A DNA stretch of 55,857 nucleotides from a virus (lineage: Duplodnaviria > Caudoviricetes), in IMG/VR virus record IMGVR_UViG_3300029309_000050, positions 1 to 55,857 of that record; one strand, 5' to 3'. The notes under the pieces were generated by a model. It was given only the letters and a program-made list of their open reading frames with translations. It ran no database searches and had not been told where the DNA came from. Numbering within the stretch: the first letter of the stretch is position 1; each line of letters starts with the position of its first letter. A program made the position numbers and the translations under genes. Positions 1-8,838 of the stretch are shown piece after piece.

Positions 1-440
1 TTTGAACCTGAATCAGCAGCTATAGTTAAACTTGAGCTTATTGAAGCTGTACTTGCTGCTGTTATTTGACCTTGTGCATTTACTGTTATAACTGGTATTG
101 CTGTTGAAGATCCATAAGAATTCGCAGTTACACCTGTATTAGTAATTGATATATCATCTGCATTTGCTGTAATACCGGTGCCACCAACAACATTTAAAGT
201 TACTGAGCCATTTGATCCGCCGCCTGTTAAACCTGCACCTGCTAAAACATCGGTAATATCTCCAGACATGTTTACAAAAGCAGAACCATTATAAAAATAA
301 ATTGATTTATCCCCTGTGCTAGAGTCATAATATATTTGACCCTCTACAGGAGAACTAGGCGCTGATCCTAAATTTTGAATTACAGCATTTTGCAATTCAT
401 TTTTATTTAGATTAATATCTGTTAAGTATGTGAGTGCCAT
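1..440 (-). CDS. Tail fibre protein, N-terminal part (runs off left edge)
   Basis: Manual translation from ATG at 440: [39 protein letters not shown]...GAGLTGGG...[13 protein letters not shown], open to base 1; Gly/Thr-rich fibre motifs. Confidence 0.8.
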   Translation of the reverse strand, partial: MALTYLTDINLNKNELQNAVIQNLGSAPSSPVEGQIYYDSSTGDKSIYFYNGSAFVNMSGDITDVLAGAGLTGGGSNGSVTLNVVGGTGITANADDISITNTGVTANSYGSSTAIPVITVNAQGQITAASTASISSSLTIAADSGS

Positions 441-445
441 ATTTT

Positions 446-1144
446 TTAATTTACGTGTACTTTACCTATAAAAGAAGAGGTAAATGTTATTTTGAATGAG
501 TTTTTATCTATATGTTGTATATCTCCAAAAACATGAGATCCTGCTGAGTCTACTATTGTTACTGATGGAAATTTTCCTAAATTATGTGAAATTGTTTCTG
601 CAGTGTTAGCAGAAAAATTAATATTATTAGAAACAAAATTTTTATCTGTTTGACCTTTTGGTGAATAAGCTATTGCATAATGTTTATCTATTATTACGCT
701 GCCATTGCCTTCTATAAAAGTAACATTAAATGTTGAATGAGTTGCTCCTTCTCCACCGCCTGTAATACTATTAACACTATATAAACCAAAATTATTTTGA
801 TTATCGGTTTGTGTAATTAGTATTCTTAAATCTAAAAAATAATTTAAATAAGTTTCAATATTTTGATCATTAGTATTAATATGCGAAAACACAAAATTTG
901 TTATTGCTGAAAAAGCACTAACACCACCACCAGACTTATTAAATTCACCATTATCAGGCGTTGATCCTCCTTTAAATTTATATACTACTTGACCATTTAC
1001 ATTTATTAAACTAGAAGTATTTAAAAATCCAGCAATATCTTCTAGCTTAAAATTTTTAGTAGTACTACCACCTGAATCTGTACCAATAACTTTATCATTT
1101 TTAGATACGGTAGTGTCTAAATTGTAACTACTAATTTTTGCCAT
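446..1144 (-). CDS. Tail/fibre-associated structural protein
   Basis: MAKISSY...DKVIGTD start and [14 protein letters not shown]-terminal motif typical of phage tail proteins; directly upstream of fibre gene. Confidence 0.6.
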   Translation of the reverse strand: MAKISSYNLDTTVSKNDKVIGTDSGGSTTKNFKLEDIAGFLNTSSLINVNGQVVYKFKGGSTPDNGEFNKSGGGVSAFSAITNFVFSHINTNDQNIETYLNYFLDLRILITQTDNQNNFGLYSVNSITGGGEGATHSTFNVTFIEGNGSVIIDKHYAIAYSPKGQTDKNFVSNNINFSANTAETISHNLGKFPSVTIVDSAGSHVFGDIQHIDKNSFKITFTSSFIGKVHVN

Positions 1145-1150
1145 TTAGTT

Positions 1151-1612
1151 TTATTTTTTAAATATGCTTGTAACCTTTTCTCCACTACGCCCACCGAAAT
1201 AGGCCAGAACAACGGCCATCATGACCTTTTCAAAAGTGTCATTCCATGTTTCACCTATGTGAAAGGGTATTGAATCTACACTATCAAGTAATCCTGCTAG
1301 TGAAAATATAACAATACACCACACTAAAACTAATGGGCGTACATTTTTTGAAAGCCATGAATCAGATGCAGAATCCGCCTGCCACCTTGAAGTGATAGAT
1401 TCCATTTCTTTATTCTGTTGCTCGTATATTAATTGTTGTAATTTTATTTTATCGTCGTTACTAACATCTGATTTTCCGATTGCTGCTATAGCTTCTGCGG
1501 GTGACGTTACTCCCTTAAGTACGTTTCCTAATGCTGGGTTTACTATTGAAGCTGCACCAAATAAAAGTTTACCTACGGTGCTTTCTGCAAATGGTTTTTT
1601 ATTTTTACTCAT
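1151..1612 (-). CDS. Holin (3TM/GTA-holin-like)
   Basis: SWLSKNVRP motif, hydrophobic helices, AYFGGRS-EK C-terminus. Confidence 0.7.
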   Translation of the reverse strand: MSKNKKPFAESTVGKLLFGAASIVNPALGNVLKGVTSPAEAIAAIGKSDVSNDDKIKLQQLIYEQQNKEMESITSRWQADSASDSWLSKNVRPLVLVWCIVIFSLAGLLDSVDSIPFHIGETWNDTFEKVMMAVVLAYFGGRSGEKVTSIFKK

Positions 1613-1797
1613 TAAGATATTAAATTTTTAATTTCTGTTTTTGTGTAAGGAGACTCTTGATGTAGCCAATCATCAAATAGTTGATTTGCTTTATTATGTA
1701 TTTCTTCTGATCTTTGTTCTATACCTTGTGTTCTGCCAATTTCGTAAGAAACTAAAACAACAACAATAAGTACAAAACTTATTATAATTTTATTCAT
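1612..1797 (-). CDS. Small membrane protein, possibly lysis-associated
   Basis: N-terminal hydrophobic helix; stop overlaps holin start. Confidence 0.5.
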   Translation of the reverse strand: MNKIIISFVLIVVVLVSYEIGRTQGIEQRSEEIHNKANQLFDDWLHQESPYTKTEIKNLIS

Positions 1798-1821
1798 ATT
1801 TAATTTTATTTATATTTAATT

Positions 1822-2718
1822 TTATCTAGGTATTACAGGTTGTTCCCTGTTATATTGGTCTTTATATAAAAACTGATAAGCCCTTCTGTATGGTCGTACA
1901 AATTCATCAATATTTGATATTGTGTTTTTTGCTCTTTCTAGCATTGCTTTACCAGTAGCATCTGAATCGCCGCTAATTGTAGTTTGAAAAGTACCGTCTT
2001 TTGTTTTAAATCTACCTAATGGAGAATCTCCCAGTGGTCTTGTTATTATATCTCTAACGCCTCTATATTGTCCTTGACCTGTAAATGTTTTATCTCCAAA
2101 TCTTTCTTCGTCTGTTCTATCAATTCTATATAAAATTTGATCAATATTTTCATTACTCATATCGCTACCTTTAAGAAATATTCCCTGACTTGCTAGAAAA
2201 CCTAAATCTCCTTCTGGCTCTTCACCCTCGGTTAAGCCTGTTTTACCAAATTTATTTTTTATTTCTACATTTACAAAATTAGTAAAATCTTGTTCGTCCA
2301 TATTCATAAATCCTCCTTTATCCCTAACGAATGCGGCCCCTGGATTAAATGGACCCACTTTTTCCATTTGCATAACTCTTGCTATTTGCTCAGAATTTTT
2401 ACTAATTTTCGGATATTCTTTTGAAAATTTTTTGCCGGTACTAGCTTCATAATTTTGTATTAAAACAGCCGGAGGTACTTTAGATAAACTTTCTAAATTC
2501 ATTCCAGCTAATTCATAGTTTGAAGAATATGCAGGATCTTCTATTCCAATGTTTTTAATACCAACTTTTGGCGGCTCTTCTGTTCCGGAAAGACTTAATG
2601 CGTTTGCCACTTGTTTTGCATTCATCGCTTTTACAGGTGGATCTTCTTTTTTCGGGTCGTTTATATTAGGGTTTACTTTTGCTAGTAATGCTCCTGAATT
2701 TTTACCAAATACACTCAT
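1822..2718 (-). CDS. Hypothetical protein (298 aa)
   Basis: Long ORF in late operon orientation; no recognised motif. Confidence 0.6.
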   Translation of the reverse strand: MSVFGKNSGALLAKVNPNINDPKKEDPPVKAMNAKQVANALSLSGTEEPPKVGIKNIGIEDPAYSSNYELAGMNLESLSKVPPAVLIQNYEASTGKKFSKEYPKISKNSEQIARVMQMEKVGPFNPGAAFVRDKGGFMNMDEQDFTNFVNVEIKNKFGKTGLTEGEEPEGDLGFLASQGIFLKGSDMSNENIDQILYRIDRTDEERFGDKTFTGQGQYRGVRDIITRPLGDSPLGRFKTKDGTFQTTISGDSDATGKAMLERAKNTISNIDEFVRPYRRAYQFLYKDQYNREQPVIPR

Positions 2719-2891
2719 TATTTTTTTAATTTAAATTCTTTATTATAAGGTACTAAATTATTTAAAGCTTGTCTTCTAGCTTCACACCCGCAAGGTATAT
2801 TTAAACCTTTAGATACTTTGTTTACCATTGTTTTTATACCGGTTGCTGTAGTAAATTTATGTATACTATCTCCTAGTCCTCTTGATTTCAT
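2718..2891 (-). CDS. Small protein with CGC motif (57 aa, not in ORF track)
   Basis: MKSRGLGDSIHKFTTATGIK...PCGCEARRQALN; TAATG overlap with next gene. Confidence 0.75.
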   Translation of the reverse strand: MKSRGLGDSIHKFTTATGIKTMVNKVSKGLNIPCGCEARRQALNNLVPYNKEFKLKK

Positions 2892-2892
2892 A

Positions 2893-3180
2893 TTAACAAT
2901 TCCATTTTCTTCTGGCAGCTTTACCTCTTTCGCTTGTCCAGCTACGAGATCTAGCGCAAAATGCTTTTCTCCTTTTATATGCTTTACTACCTTTCTTTAA
3001 TTTAGAAGGTGGTGTCGTTACCGCTGTTTTTAGTTTACTTCCAGGGTTATCTCTTCTATATTTAGCAACGCCTTTAGCAGTCATACCGCCGCCGGCTTTT
3101 TTACCTCTGCCTTTACCTTTTTTTATCTTAGCATAATATCCTAGAGATTTTTTTCTTGAAGGAGCATTTTTTCTTGCCAT
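2893..3180 (-). CDS. Small basic protein
   Basis: GGMTAKGVAKYRRDNPGSKLK...RRKAFCARS...ARRKWNC, a type I recognise from marine phages. Confidence 0.75.
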   Translation of the reverse strand: MARKNAPSRKKSLGYYAKIKKGKGRGKKAGGGMTAKGVAKYRRDNPGSKLKTAVTTPPSKLKKGSKAYKRRKAFCARSRSWTSERGKAARRKWNC

Positions 3181-3182
3181 GA

Positions 3183-3305
3183 TTATTTTTTCTTTTTCGT
3201 GCCTTTTTTTCTTCTTAATTTTTTAAAATCGGCACCCGTAATTTTATTAAACGGCTTAGCCATTCTAGCTATAATTAATTGCTTTGCTGTGAGTTTTTTT
3301 GCCAT
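3183..3305 (-). CDS. Lys-rich peptide (40 aa, not in ORF track)
   Basis: MAKKLTAKQLIIARMAKPFNKITGADFKKLRRKKGTKKKK; tightly packed between neighbours. Confidence 0.65.
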   Translation of the reverse strand: MAKKLTAKQLIIARMAKPFNKITGADFKKLRRKKGTKKKK

Positions 3306-3309
3306 TTTA

Positions 3310-3393
3310 CTATTTTCTGCTTTTTTTAGCTTTTTTAACTTTTTTCTTTTTCATGACTTTTTTAGTCATTGGTGATTTTTTTCCGTAGGGCAT
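3310..3393 (-). CDS. Lys-rich peptide (27 aa, not in ORF track)
   Basis: MPYGKKSPMTKKVMKKKKVKKAKKSRK; 2-4 nt gaps to neighbours. Confidence 0.55.
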   Translation of the reverse strand: MPYGKKSPMTKKVMKKKKVKKAKKSRK

Positions 3394-3395
3394 AA

Positions 3396-3503
3396 CTATT
3401 TTCTTTTTTTACGTTTAACTTTTCTTTTTCTTTTTGCTTTTTGTTTTTGTTCATTTCTTGAAGCCCAAACTGCTTTGCGTTGGGCCGCACTTATATAAGG
3501 CAT
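3396..3503 (-). CDS. Lys-rich peptide (35 aa, not in ORF track)
   Basis: MPYISAAQRKAVWASRNEQKQKAKKKKKVKRKKRK; 2 nt gaps to neighbours. Confidence 0.6.
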   Translation of the reverse strand: MPYISAAQRKAVWASRNEQKQKAKRKRKVKRKKRK

Positions 3504-3505
3504 AA

Positions 3506-3841
3506 TTATTTATTTTGTAATCTGTTTAATCTTTTTTGCATTCTAACAGATTTTGACATATTCCCGCCTCTAAGGCCAATAAAATTTTGTTTATTAGAAT
3601 CTTTAGCTTGTTGAAGTTTCATTTGTGTTTTAGCAATTCTTCGCGCTTTACGTGGAGATGCGCTTTTGCTTTCTAAATCTACTTGTTTAAATTGAGTTGG
3701 TCCAAATGAAGCTGGTTGGAAATAAGTATTAGGGCTAAAAGAATTTGTTAACCCCATTCTTTGAGAATCCATTGCATTAAAAGGGCCGGGAGTATCAATT
3801 TCTTTGCTGCCCACGCCGCCCATGTTGTAGTGATTTGGCAT
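3506..3841 (-). CDS. Hypothetical protein, basic C-terminus
   Basis: ORF in operon; low-complexity. Confidence 0.6.
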   Translation of the reverse strand: MPNHYNMGGVGSKEIDTPGPFNAMDSQRMGLTNSFSPNTYFQPASFGPTQFKQVDLESKSASPRKARRIAKTQMKLQQAKDSNKQNFIGLRGGNMSKSVRMQKRLNRLQNK

Positions 3842-3852
3842 AATTTTAATTT

Positions 3853-4293
3853 TTATCTGTGTTTATCTTTAATCATATCATCTATAGCTTTATTATAAAC
3901 TTTATCAGTATATGATTTATTATTATAAAATATACTACGCTCGCTAGTAGGTAAATCCTCTTCAGCAAGCATTATTCTATATATACGAGATATAAGTTGA
4001 CTACATTTGAATGATGTTTTGTATATACTATATTTTATAGTTGTTCTATTTCTGTGGCGCCATACTTCAATCCAACCTTGTCTTCTTAATCTTTCCCACC
4101 GGTTTTTATCCCAGCTATAAGTATAAGTGCCTTCAATAAATTCATTACGTGTAAATCTATTTTTACAATCTAAATATATTAAAAGTTCAAGATCTGAATC
4201 ACTTAGGCTATAAGTTTTACAGGCCCATTTACGAATGAGCCTATAGTATTTTAATAAATTTAATTCTTTTATGTCGGTAGCAGTTAGTCTCAT
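3853..4293 (-). CDS. Putative winged-helix DNA-binding protein
   Basis: LSDSDLELLIYL...WERLRRQGWIEVW pattern resembles MarR-like wHTH; overlaps groES stop. Confidence 0.5.
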   Translation of the reverse strand: MRLTATDIKELNLLKYYRLIRKWACKTYSLSDSDLELLIYLDCKNRFTRNEFIEGTYTYSWDKNRWERLRRQGWIEVWRHRNRTTIKYSIYKTSFKCSQLISRIYRIMLAEEDLPTSERSIFYNNKSYTDKVYNKAIDDMIKDKHR

Positions 4294-4547
4294 TCAACCA
4301 ATACTATATCGCCTAATTTTAAAACATAGTATAAATGTTCATTTAATTCTATACCATGCCCTGCATGCTTGTCATAATGAATTATATCATTTTTTTTAAG
4401 CATATCTGCCATAGGCCCGGATGATACTACTTTACCTTTTAAATACCTTACGTCTTTATTTTGATCTTCCGTAAGTTCTAACCCACCTATCTTTTTAGGT
4501 GGCTCTTTTATTTTTTCAACAATTACGTAATAACTAAGCGCTTCCAT
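4290..4547 (-). CDS. groES: Co-chaperonin GroES-like
   Basis: YVIVEK...GGLEL...KGKVVSSG...DIIHYDKHAG...DIVLV; adjacent to groEL. Confidence 0.85.
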   Translation of the reverse strand: MEALSYYVIVEKIKEPPKKIGGLELTEDQNKDVRYLKGKVVSSGPMADMLKKNDIIHYDKHAGHGIELNEHLYYVLKLGDIVLVE

Positions 4548-6099
4548 TTATCACTCTTACATTATTAATTACACAATCGGCTGAAAATATGGTATTCACA
4601 ACGCTAACTGCATTTTTTAATGCTGTTTTAGTTACAAGAACTGGATCTATGATTCCAGCTTCAACCATATTTATTTCTTTATTATTTACAACATCTATTC
4701 CAACGCCTGGTTTACCAGACTCATAATGTTCTAATGCTGCATTATCGAGTATTGCTGCATAAGGGGAGCATATAGCTTTTAACAATATTTCTTCACCTTC
4801 GTTTTCAGGAGCAATAAAATGTGCTGCATCTAATAATGCAACACCCCCGCCTGGAACAATCCCTTCTTGCAGTGCGGCTTTAGTTGCATATATAGCGTCT
4901 TCAACTCTGTCTTTCTTTTCTTTCATTTCAACTTTTGAGTCCGCTCCAACTTTTATCATCGCTACTTTACCGTTTAGCATAGCTAACCGTTCTTGCAGCT
5001 TCTTCTTAAAGTATGGATTTTTTTCTTCAGCAACTTTATTTTCAACTATATTTATACGTTCTTGTAATATTGTATTTTGACTAGTTATTTGTAAAACAGT
5101 GTTAGTATCATCGGTAATAGATTTTTTACATTCACCTAAAACATTTGGTTCAATTAAATCTAAATCATCGCCAAGTTCTTCATTTATAACTATAGCACCT
5201 GTTAATATAGCTAAGTCCTCAATTGTTTCTTGTTTAGTTGGGCCAAAGCCAGGTAAATCTATAATATTTACTTTTATATTACCTTTAACTTTATTTGCTA
5301 ATAAAGCTGCTTTTGGCTGCTGTTCTACATTTGCAACAATTAATAAACTTCTTTTTTGTTTTATAACAAACTCTAATACTTTTTGTATTTTACGAATATT
5401 AGATATAGGTGATGAAACTATTAATACATAAGGATTATGCAATTCAGCTTTACCTTTATCTTTATCAGTTGCAAGATAGGGTGATGTTAAGCCACAGCTT
5501 ATTCTTGTTCCTTCAACAAATACTACATGTGTTTCGTGTGTATCTGATTCTTCCATAAGAACAACACCGTCTTTACCAACTTTTGAATATGCTTCTGCTA
5601 TTATAGCACCTAGCTCTTTATCGTTATTACAGCTAATAGTACTTACATTATGTAACATTTTTTTAGTTACTTTTATAGCTTTATTATCTAAATACTTAAT
5701 TACTTTATTAGTAGCAGTAGTTATGCCTTCTTTAATAGGTCTTACGCTCTGAGCATATTTTTTTTCGTTTGCTAAATGTAATAGTGATTGAGCAAGCACA
5801 GTAGCTGTAGTAGTACCGTCGCCTGCTTCTTTCACTGTATTTCTAGCTGCTTCTTTTATTAAAGTTGCACCTATATTTTCAACCGGATCATATAAGACTA
5901 CGGATTCAGCTACCGTTACACCGTCTTTTGTAATCACCGGTTTACCTAATGCATCTTCATATATGACACATTTACCTGAAGCACCTAGGGTTGACTTCAC
6001 TGCGTTAGCAAGTTTATCAACCCCGTGCATTATCTTTTCTTTAGCTTCTGCCCCGAAAGACAGATTCTTAACTATCTCACTCGGATTATTATATTCCAT
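4534..6099 (-). CDS. groEL: Chaperonin GroEL (phage-encoded)
   Basis: ITKDGVTVA, AGDGTTTATVLA, GIVPGGG, GIIDP motifs; no GGM tail. Confidence 0.97.
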   Translation of the reverse strand: MEYNNPSEIVKNLSFGAEAKEKIMHGVDKLANAVKSTLGASGKCVIYEDALGKPVITKDGVTVAESVVLYDPVENIGATLIKEAARNTVKEAGDGTTTATVLAQSLLHLANEKKYAQSVRPIKEGITTATNKVIKYLDNKAIKVTKKMLHNVSTISCNNDKELGAIIAEAYSKVGKDGVVLMEESDTHETHVVFVEGTRISCGLTSPYLATDKDKGKAELHNPYVLIVSSPISNIRKIQKVLEFVIKQKRSLLIVANVEQQPKAALLANKVKGNIKVNIIDLPGFGPTKQETIEDLAILTGAIVINEELGDDLDLIEPNVLGECKKSITDDTNTVLQITSQNTILQERINIVENKVAEEKNPYFKKKLQERLAMLNGKVAMIKVGADSKVEMKEKKDRVEDAIYATKAALQEGIVPGGGVALLDAAHFIAPENEGEEILLKAICSPYAAILDNAALEHYESGKPGVGIDVVNNKEINMVEAGIIDPVLVTKTALKNAVSVVNTIFSADCVINNVRVINGSA

Positions 6100-6121
6100 T
6101 TAATTAAATTTATTAAAGTGG

Positions 6122-6430
6122 TTACTTAAATGTTTTTACAACTTTAGGCCCTTTGGAGAACTCTAATCTTTTATTGTAATGTTCGATACTTGCATCGATT
6201 GCATTTTCTGCGGATTCAATGGTTTCTCTTCTGGTTATATCTGTCCATTCGCCACTTGGCTCGCCATCAGCATTTAAGCTTTGGCATTCAGTTTGGTAAT
6301 AGCCATTTGGTAGTTGTACAATTCTCCAGTTTTTTTTGTCTGCGAAAAATTCCCAAGTTTTTTTGGTTTCTTCGGATATTCCTTGGTTACTATTATTCGC
6401 CCAGGAATAGGTTTTGTAATAAAATGTCAT
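6122..6430 (-). CDS. Hypothetical protein (first gene of chaperonin operon)
   Basis: 102-aa ORF, WRIVQLPNGYYQTE motif; preceded by motif-B promoter candidate. Confidence 0.7.
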   Translation of the reverse strand: MTFYYKTYSWANNSNQGISEETKKTWEFFADKKNWRIVQLPNGYYQTECQSLNADGEPSGEWTDITRRETIESAENAIDASIEHYNKRLEFSKGPKVVKTFK

Positions 6431-6450
6431 GGTTTTGGTTTTATTATATT

Positions 6451-6463
6451 TATATAATTACAT
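6451..6463 (-). promoter_or_regulatory. Motif B promoter candidate (ATGTAATTATATA)
   Basis: Intergenic; matches AWGTRATWATA seen before five other operon starts. Confidence 0.5.
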
Positions 6464-6481
6464 GATTGTAAATTATTTTAA

Positions 6482-6781
6482 TTAACTACAGTTGTCTACA
6501 GAAACAACTACCCCCGCGTTACCAAATATTGTAAATCTTGTATTATTATCTAATCTATATACTCCACTTGATAAAACATTATTCCCAGCAGAATCTGTAT
6601 ATACTTTATCATTAGCAACTGGTCTAGCCCCGGAGCCATCATGATGATATGTTTGATTTAATGTTTGGCTACATGACTCTAGACCCGTCTCTGCTTGCGC
6701 TGATGTAAAACTAGTTAATGTTGAACAATCCTGGTCGTAACCGTAAAAATCAGACATTCTATAAGGTGTTGCTACTGGCAT
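6482..6781 (-). CDS. Small virion/tail-associated protein
   Basis: MSDFYGYD motif and Cys-flanked domain shared with muzzle C-terminus. Confidence 0.6.
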   Translation of the reverse strand: MPVATPYRMSDFYGYDQDCSTLTSFTSAQAETGLESCSQTLNQTYHHDGSGARPVANDKVYTDSAGNNVLSSGVYRLDNNTRFTIFGNAGVVVSVDNCS

Positions 6782-6784
6782 AAT

Positions 6785-7261
6785 TTATATATTTACAATT
6801 TGTCCTCGATCTGTTATTTGGCCTTGACTATTAACTTCTATTAATTGAACTTTTTGGCCCGCGCCTGCTATTGTATTAGTATTAGAATTTCCGTCCTGTC
6901 TTCCGAATACTATTCCAGGTATTGGAGTTGTTAATGATGAATTACTAAATAAAACATCACCCACTGCTAAATTAGCCGCAGCTCCTATATTAGCGTTATA
7001 AAAAGCTGTACCAGAAAAGCTACCCATTTCGTCTACAAAGTTTGGAAGTTGTGCAGAAGTCCTATTTGCTGGATTTGGTAAACAACCAGTATTAACAGCA
7101 GGATAGTTATCTCCAGAAGTTACAGCGCCTCCCGTATTTCCACCATTTACTAAATTATACATAGATATAGGGCCAGACACATTGCCACTACCGTAGGTAC
7201 TGTTTAATCTTTCTTGTGCAATATCTTGCATAGATAATGATCCTGAATTTGGTACTGCCAT
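6785..7261 (-). CDS. Virion/tail-associated protein
   Basis: MAVPNSGSLSMQDIAQE N-terminus typical of fibre-accessory proteins; Gly/Asn-rich. Confidence 0.6.
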   Translation of the reverse strand: MAVPNSGSLSMQDIAQERLNSTYGSGNVSGPISMYNLVNGGNTGGAVTSGDNYPAVNTGCLPNPANRTSAQLPNFVDEMGSFSGTAFYNANIGAAANLAVGDVLFSNSSLTTPIPGIVFGRQDGNSNTNTIAGAGQKVQLIEVNSQGQITDRGQIVNI

Positions 7262-7263
7262 AA

Positions 7264-7755
7264 TTATTTAATAAATGCTATTGCTGTATATCTATTTTTA
7301 TTACTAGTGTTTTCTATAGCGTGAAATATTGGTGGTTTTGTTCGCAATATATGAAAAACACCTTTATTTTTTTTATTTGGGCCTTTGCAAAGAAATTTTT
7401 TTTCTACATCATAAAACATAGTTGAATCTATATTATTAGTTAGATTAAACATAAGAAAAGCTTTATGGTGAGGAGCATCTTCGTGCGGAAATAATTTAAA
7501 ACCTGGTATATCCTTGAATATTTTAATATCTATTTCTTTATGTTCGGGTACTTTTTCTTTTATAAAATTAATATTTAAAGAATTTTTTATTTTTTTTAAC
7601 AATAAAATATTTTTATTTTCAAATCTTGTAGATAAACCCCCAAATAAACTGCCGTCTTGTAATTTATAATCTAAATTTTCTGCATCTATACCTAAATCTA
7701 GCATTTCTATTTCCCATGCTAACACATCTGGATGCAATTTATTTTTTACAATCAT
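7264..7755 (-). CDS. Putative 2OG-Fe(II) oxygenase
   Basis: PHED (HxD) ... FHAIE (distal H) ... RY motif spacing. Confidence 0.6.
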   Translation of the reverse strand: MIVKNKLHPDVLAWEIEMLDLGIDAENLDYKLQDGSLFGGLSTRFENKNILLLKKIKNSLNINFIKEKVPEHKEIDIKIFKDIPGFKLFPHEDAPHHKAFLMFNLTNNIDSTMFYDVEKKFLCKGPNKKNKGVFHILRTKPPIFHAIENTSNKNRYTAIAFIK

Positions 7756-7757
7756 TA

Positions 7758-7988
7758 TTATTCTTTCTTAGTTCCTTTTCCTCTGTTACCTCTGTTCTTT
7801 TTTACGCTTGTAAACCTACCTGTTTTGTGATCATAGTCTTTTCCTCTCAAATTTACACCTTTTTTCTTAGCCGCACGTCTTTTTCTTTGATTTTCCGCTT
7901 TTTTTCTTCTACGATTAGCAGTCATTGCATACTTTTTGTCTCGCTTTAGCTTAGCGGCTTTTGCTTTTTTACTTAGTTTTTGTGCCAT
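7758..7988 (-). CDS. Small basic protein, degenerate HNH-like
   Basis: Lys/Arg-rich, GKDYDH...NRG motif. Confidence 0.55.
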   Translation of the reverse strand: MAQKLSKKAKAAKLKRDKKYAMTANRRRKKAENQRKRRAAKKKGVNLRGKDYDHKTGRFTSVKKNRGNRGKGTKKE

Positions 7989-7991
7989 ATA

Positions 7992-8004
7992 AATATTATC
8001 ACTT
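7992..8004 (-). promoter_or_regulatory. Motif B promoter candidate (AAGTGATAATATT)
   Basis: Just upstream of first leftward gene at the strand switch. Confidence 0.45.
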
Positions 8005-8026
8005 AAAAAACAAAATTATTAATAGC

Positions 8027-8071
8027 ATGACACTAGCCTGTTACTAATTATATTAATATACCTTATGTCAC
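8027..8071. repeat. Inverted-repeat site 1, GACA-N33-TGTCAC
   Basis: ATGACActAGC...ATGTCAC; same 33-nt spacing at 9296-9340 and 14681-14725. Confidence 0.7.
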
Positions 8072-8283
8072 ATAAAAATGTTGTAAGAAATATAGAGGTT
8101 ATGGGTTGTCCATTAATATACGTGTTTAGCTTGTATAACAAAAACGCTTATTTTTACCCCACCGGGGCCTTTTTTAGCCGGTTTGCCGCAAAGTTTTTGG
8201 CTTTTGCCGGCGGCCTGGCCTGATTATCCGCCGTCTGGCTGCCCGTGCTCGGCTATCCGTACCAGCCAATTACGTATAGCAAA

Positions 8284-8316
8284 ACGGACTTAACACGTGG
8301 TACTTTGGATAATATA
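8284..8316 (+). promoter_or_regulatory. Motif A copy 1 (early promoter candidate)
   Basis: ACGGACTTAACACG-N9-GGATAATATA. Confidence 0.75.
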
Positions 8317-8331
8317 AGTGAATATAAAATT

Positions 8332-8478
8332 ATGAATATAAATTTAAATAGGTTGAGAGAAGAAATGAGAGTCGATATGATTCAGTCCAACCCTGAGTTA
8401 TCTCATGAAGAAATTGTCGAAGTATTAGACGAAGTGTTTAATGTTGGGAAAGATTACATTGATAATCTTACGAAGTAA
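8332..8478 (+). CDS. Small early protein (48 aa)
   Basis: ATG 15 nt after motif A; preferred over the GTG at 8245. Confidence 0.6.
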   Translation: MNINLNRLREEMRVDMIQSNPELSHEEIVEVLDEVFNVGKDYIDNLTK

Positions 8479-8502
8479 ATACGTTCTCTAATGGATAATA
8501 AA
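8470..8502 (+). promoter_or_regulatory. Motif A copy 2
   Basis: ACGAAGTAAATACG-N9-GGATAATAAA. Confidence 0.75.
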
Positions 8503-8526
8503 GTAAATAAATATAATTTAATAATA

Positions 8527-8838
8527 ATGAAAAATACTCAATTAAATAAAGCAATAGCTAAATTAAGTAAGAAAGAATTAAAAGAAATCTTTCCACCAAT
8601 AACTAGAAAGAACTTTGTAGTAAGAAAGTCTTGGCTAGGTAGAAATCAAATCATAACATTTGTAAATAATAAAAATCAAAAAGTTACTTACAACCATGAT
8701 GAAGTATTAAAAATCATGTTACCTAAACTAAGCATTATGCCATGCTGGCTTAAGAGAGGCTACTGGTCTCAATCGACTGACATGCCATCTAATACTAGAG
8801 AATGTATAATCGAAAGAGTAGACCTTCAAACTAAATGA
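8527..8838 (+). CDS. Early hypothetical protein
   Basis: MKNTQLNKAI...RKNFVVRKSWLGRNQII; start placed downstream of motif A. Confidence 0.7.
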   Translation: MKNTQLNKAIAKLSKKELKEIFPPITRKNFVVRKSWLGRNQIITFVNNKNQKVTYNHDEVLKIMLPKLSIMPCWLKRGYWSQSTDMPSNTRECIIERVDLQTK

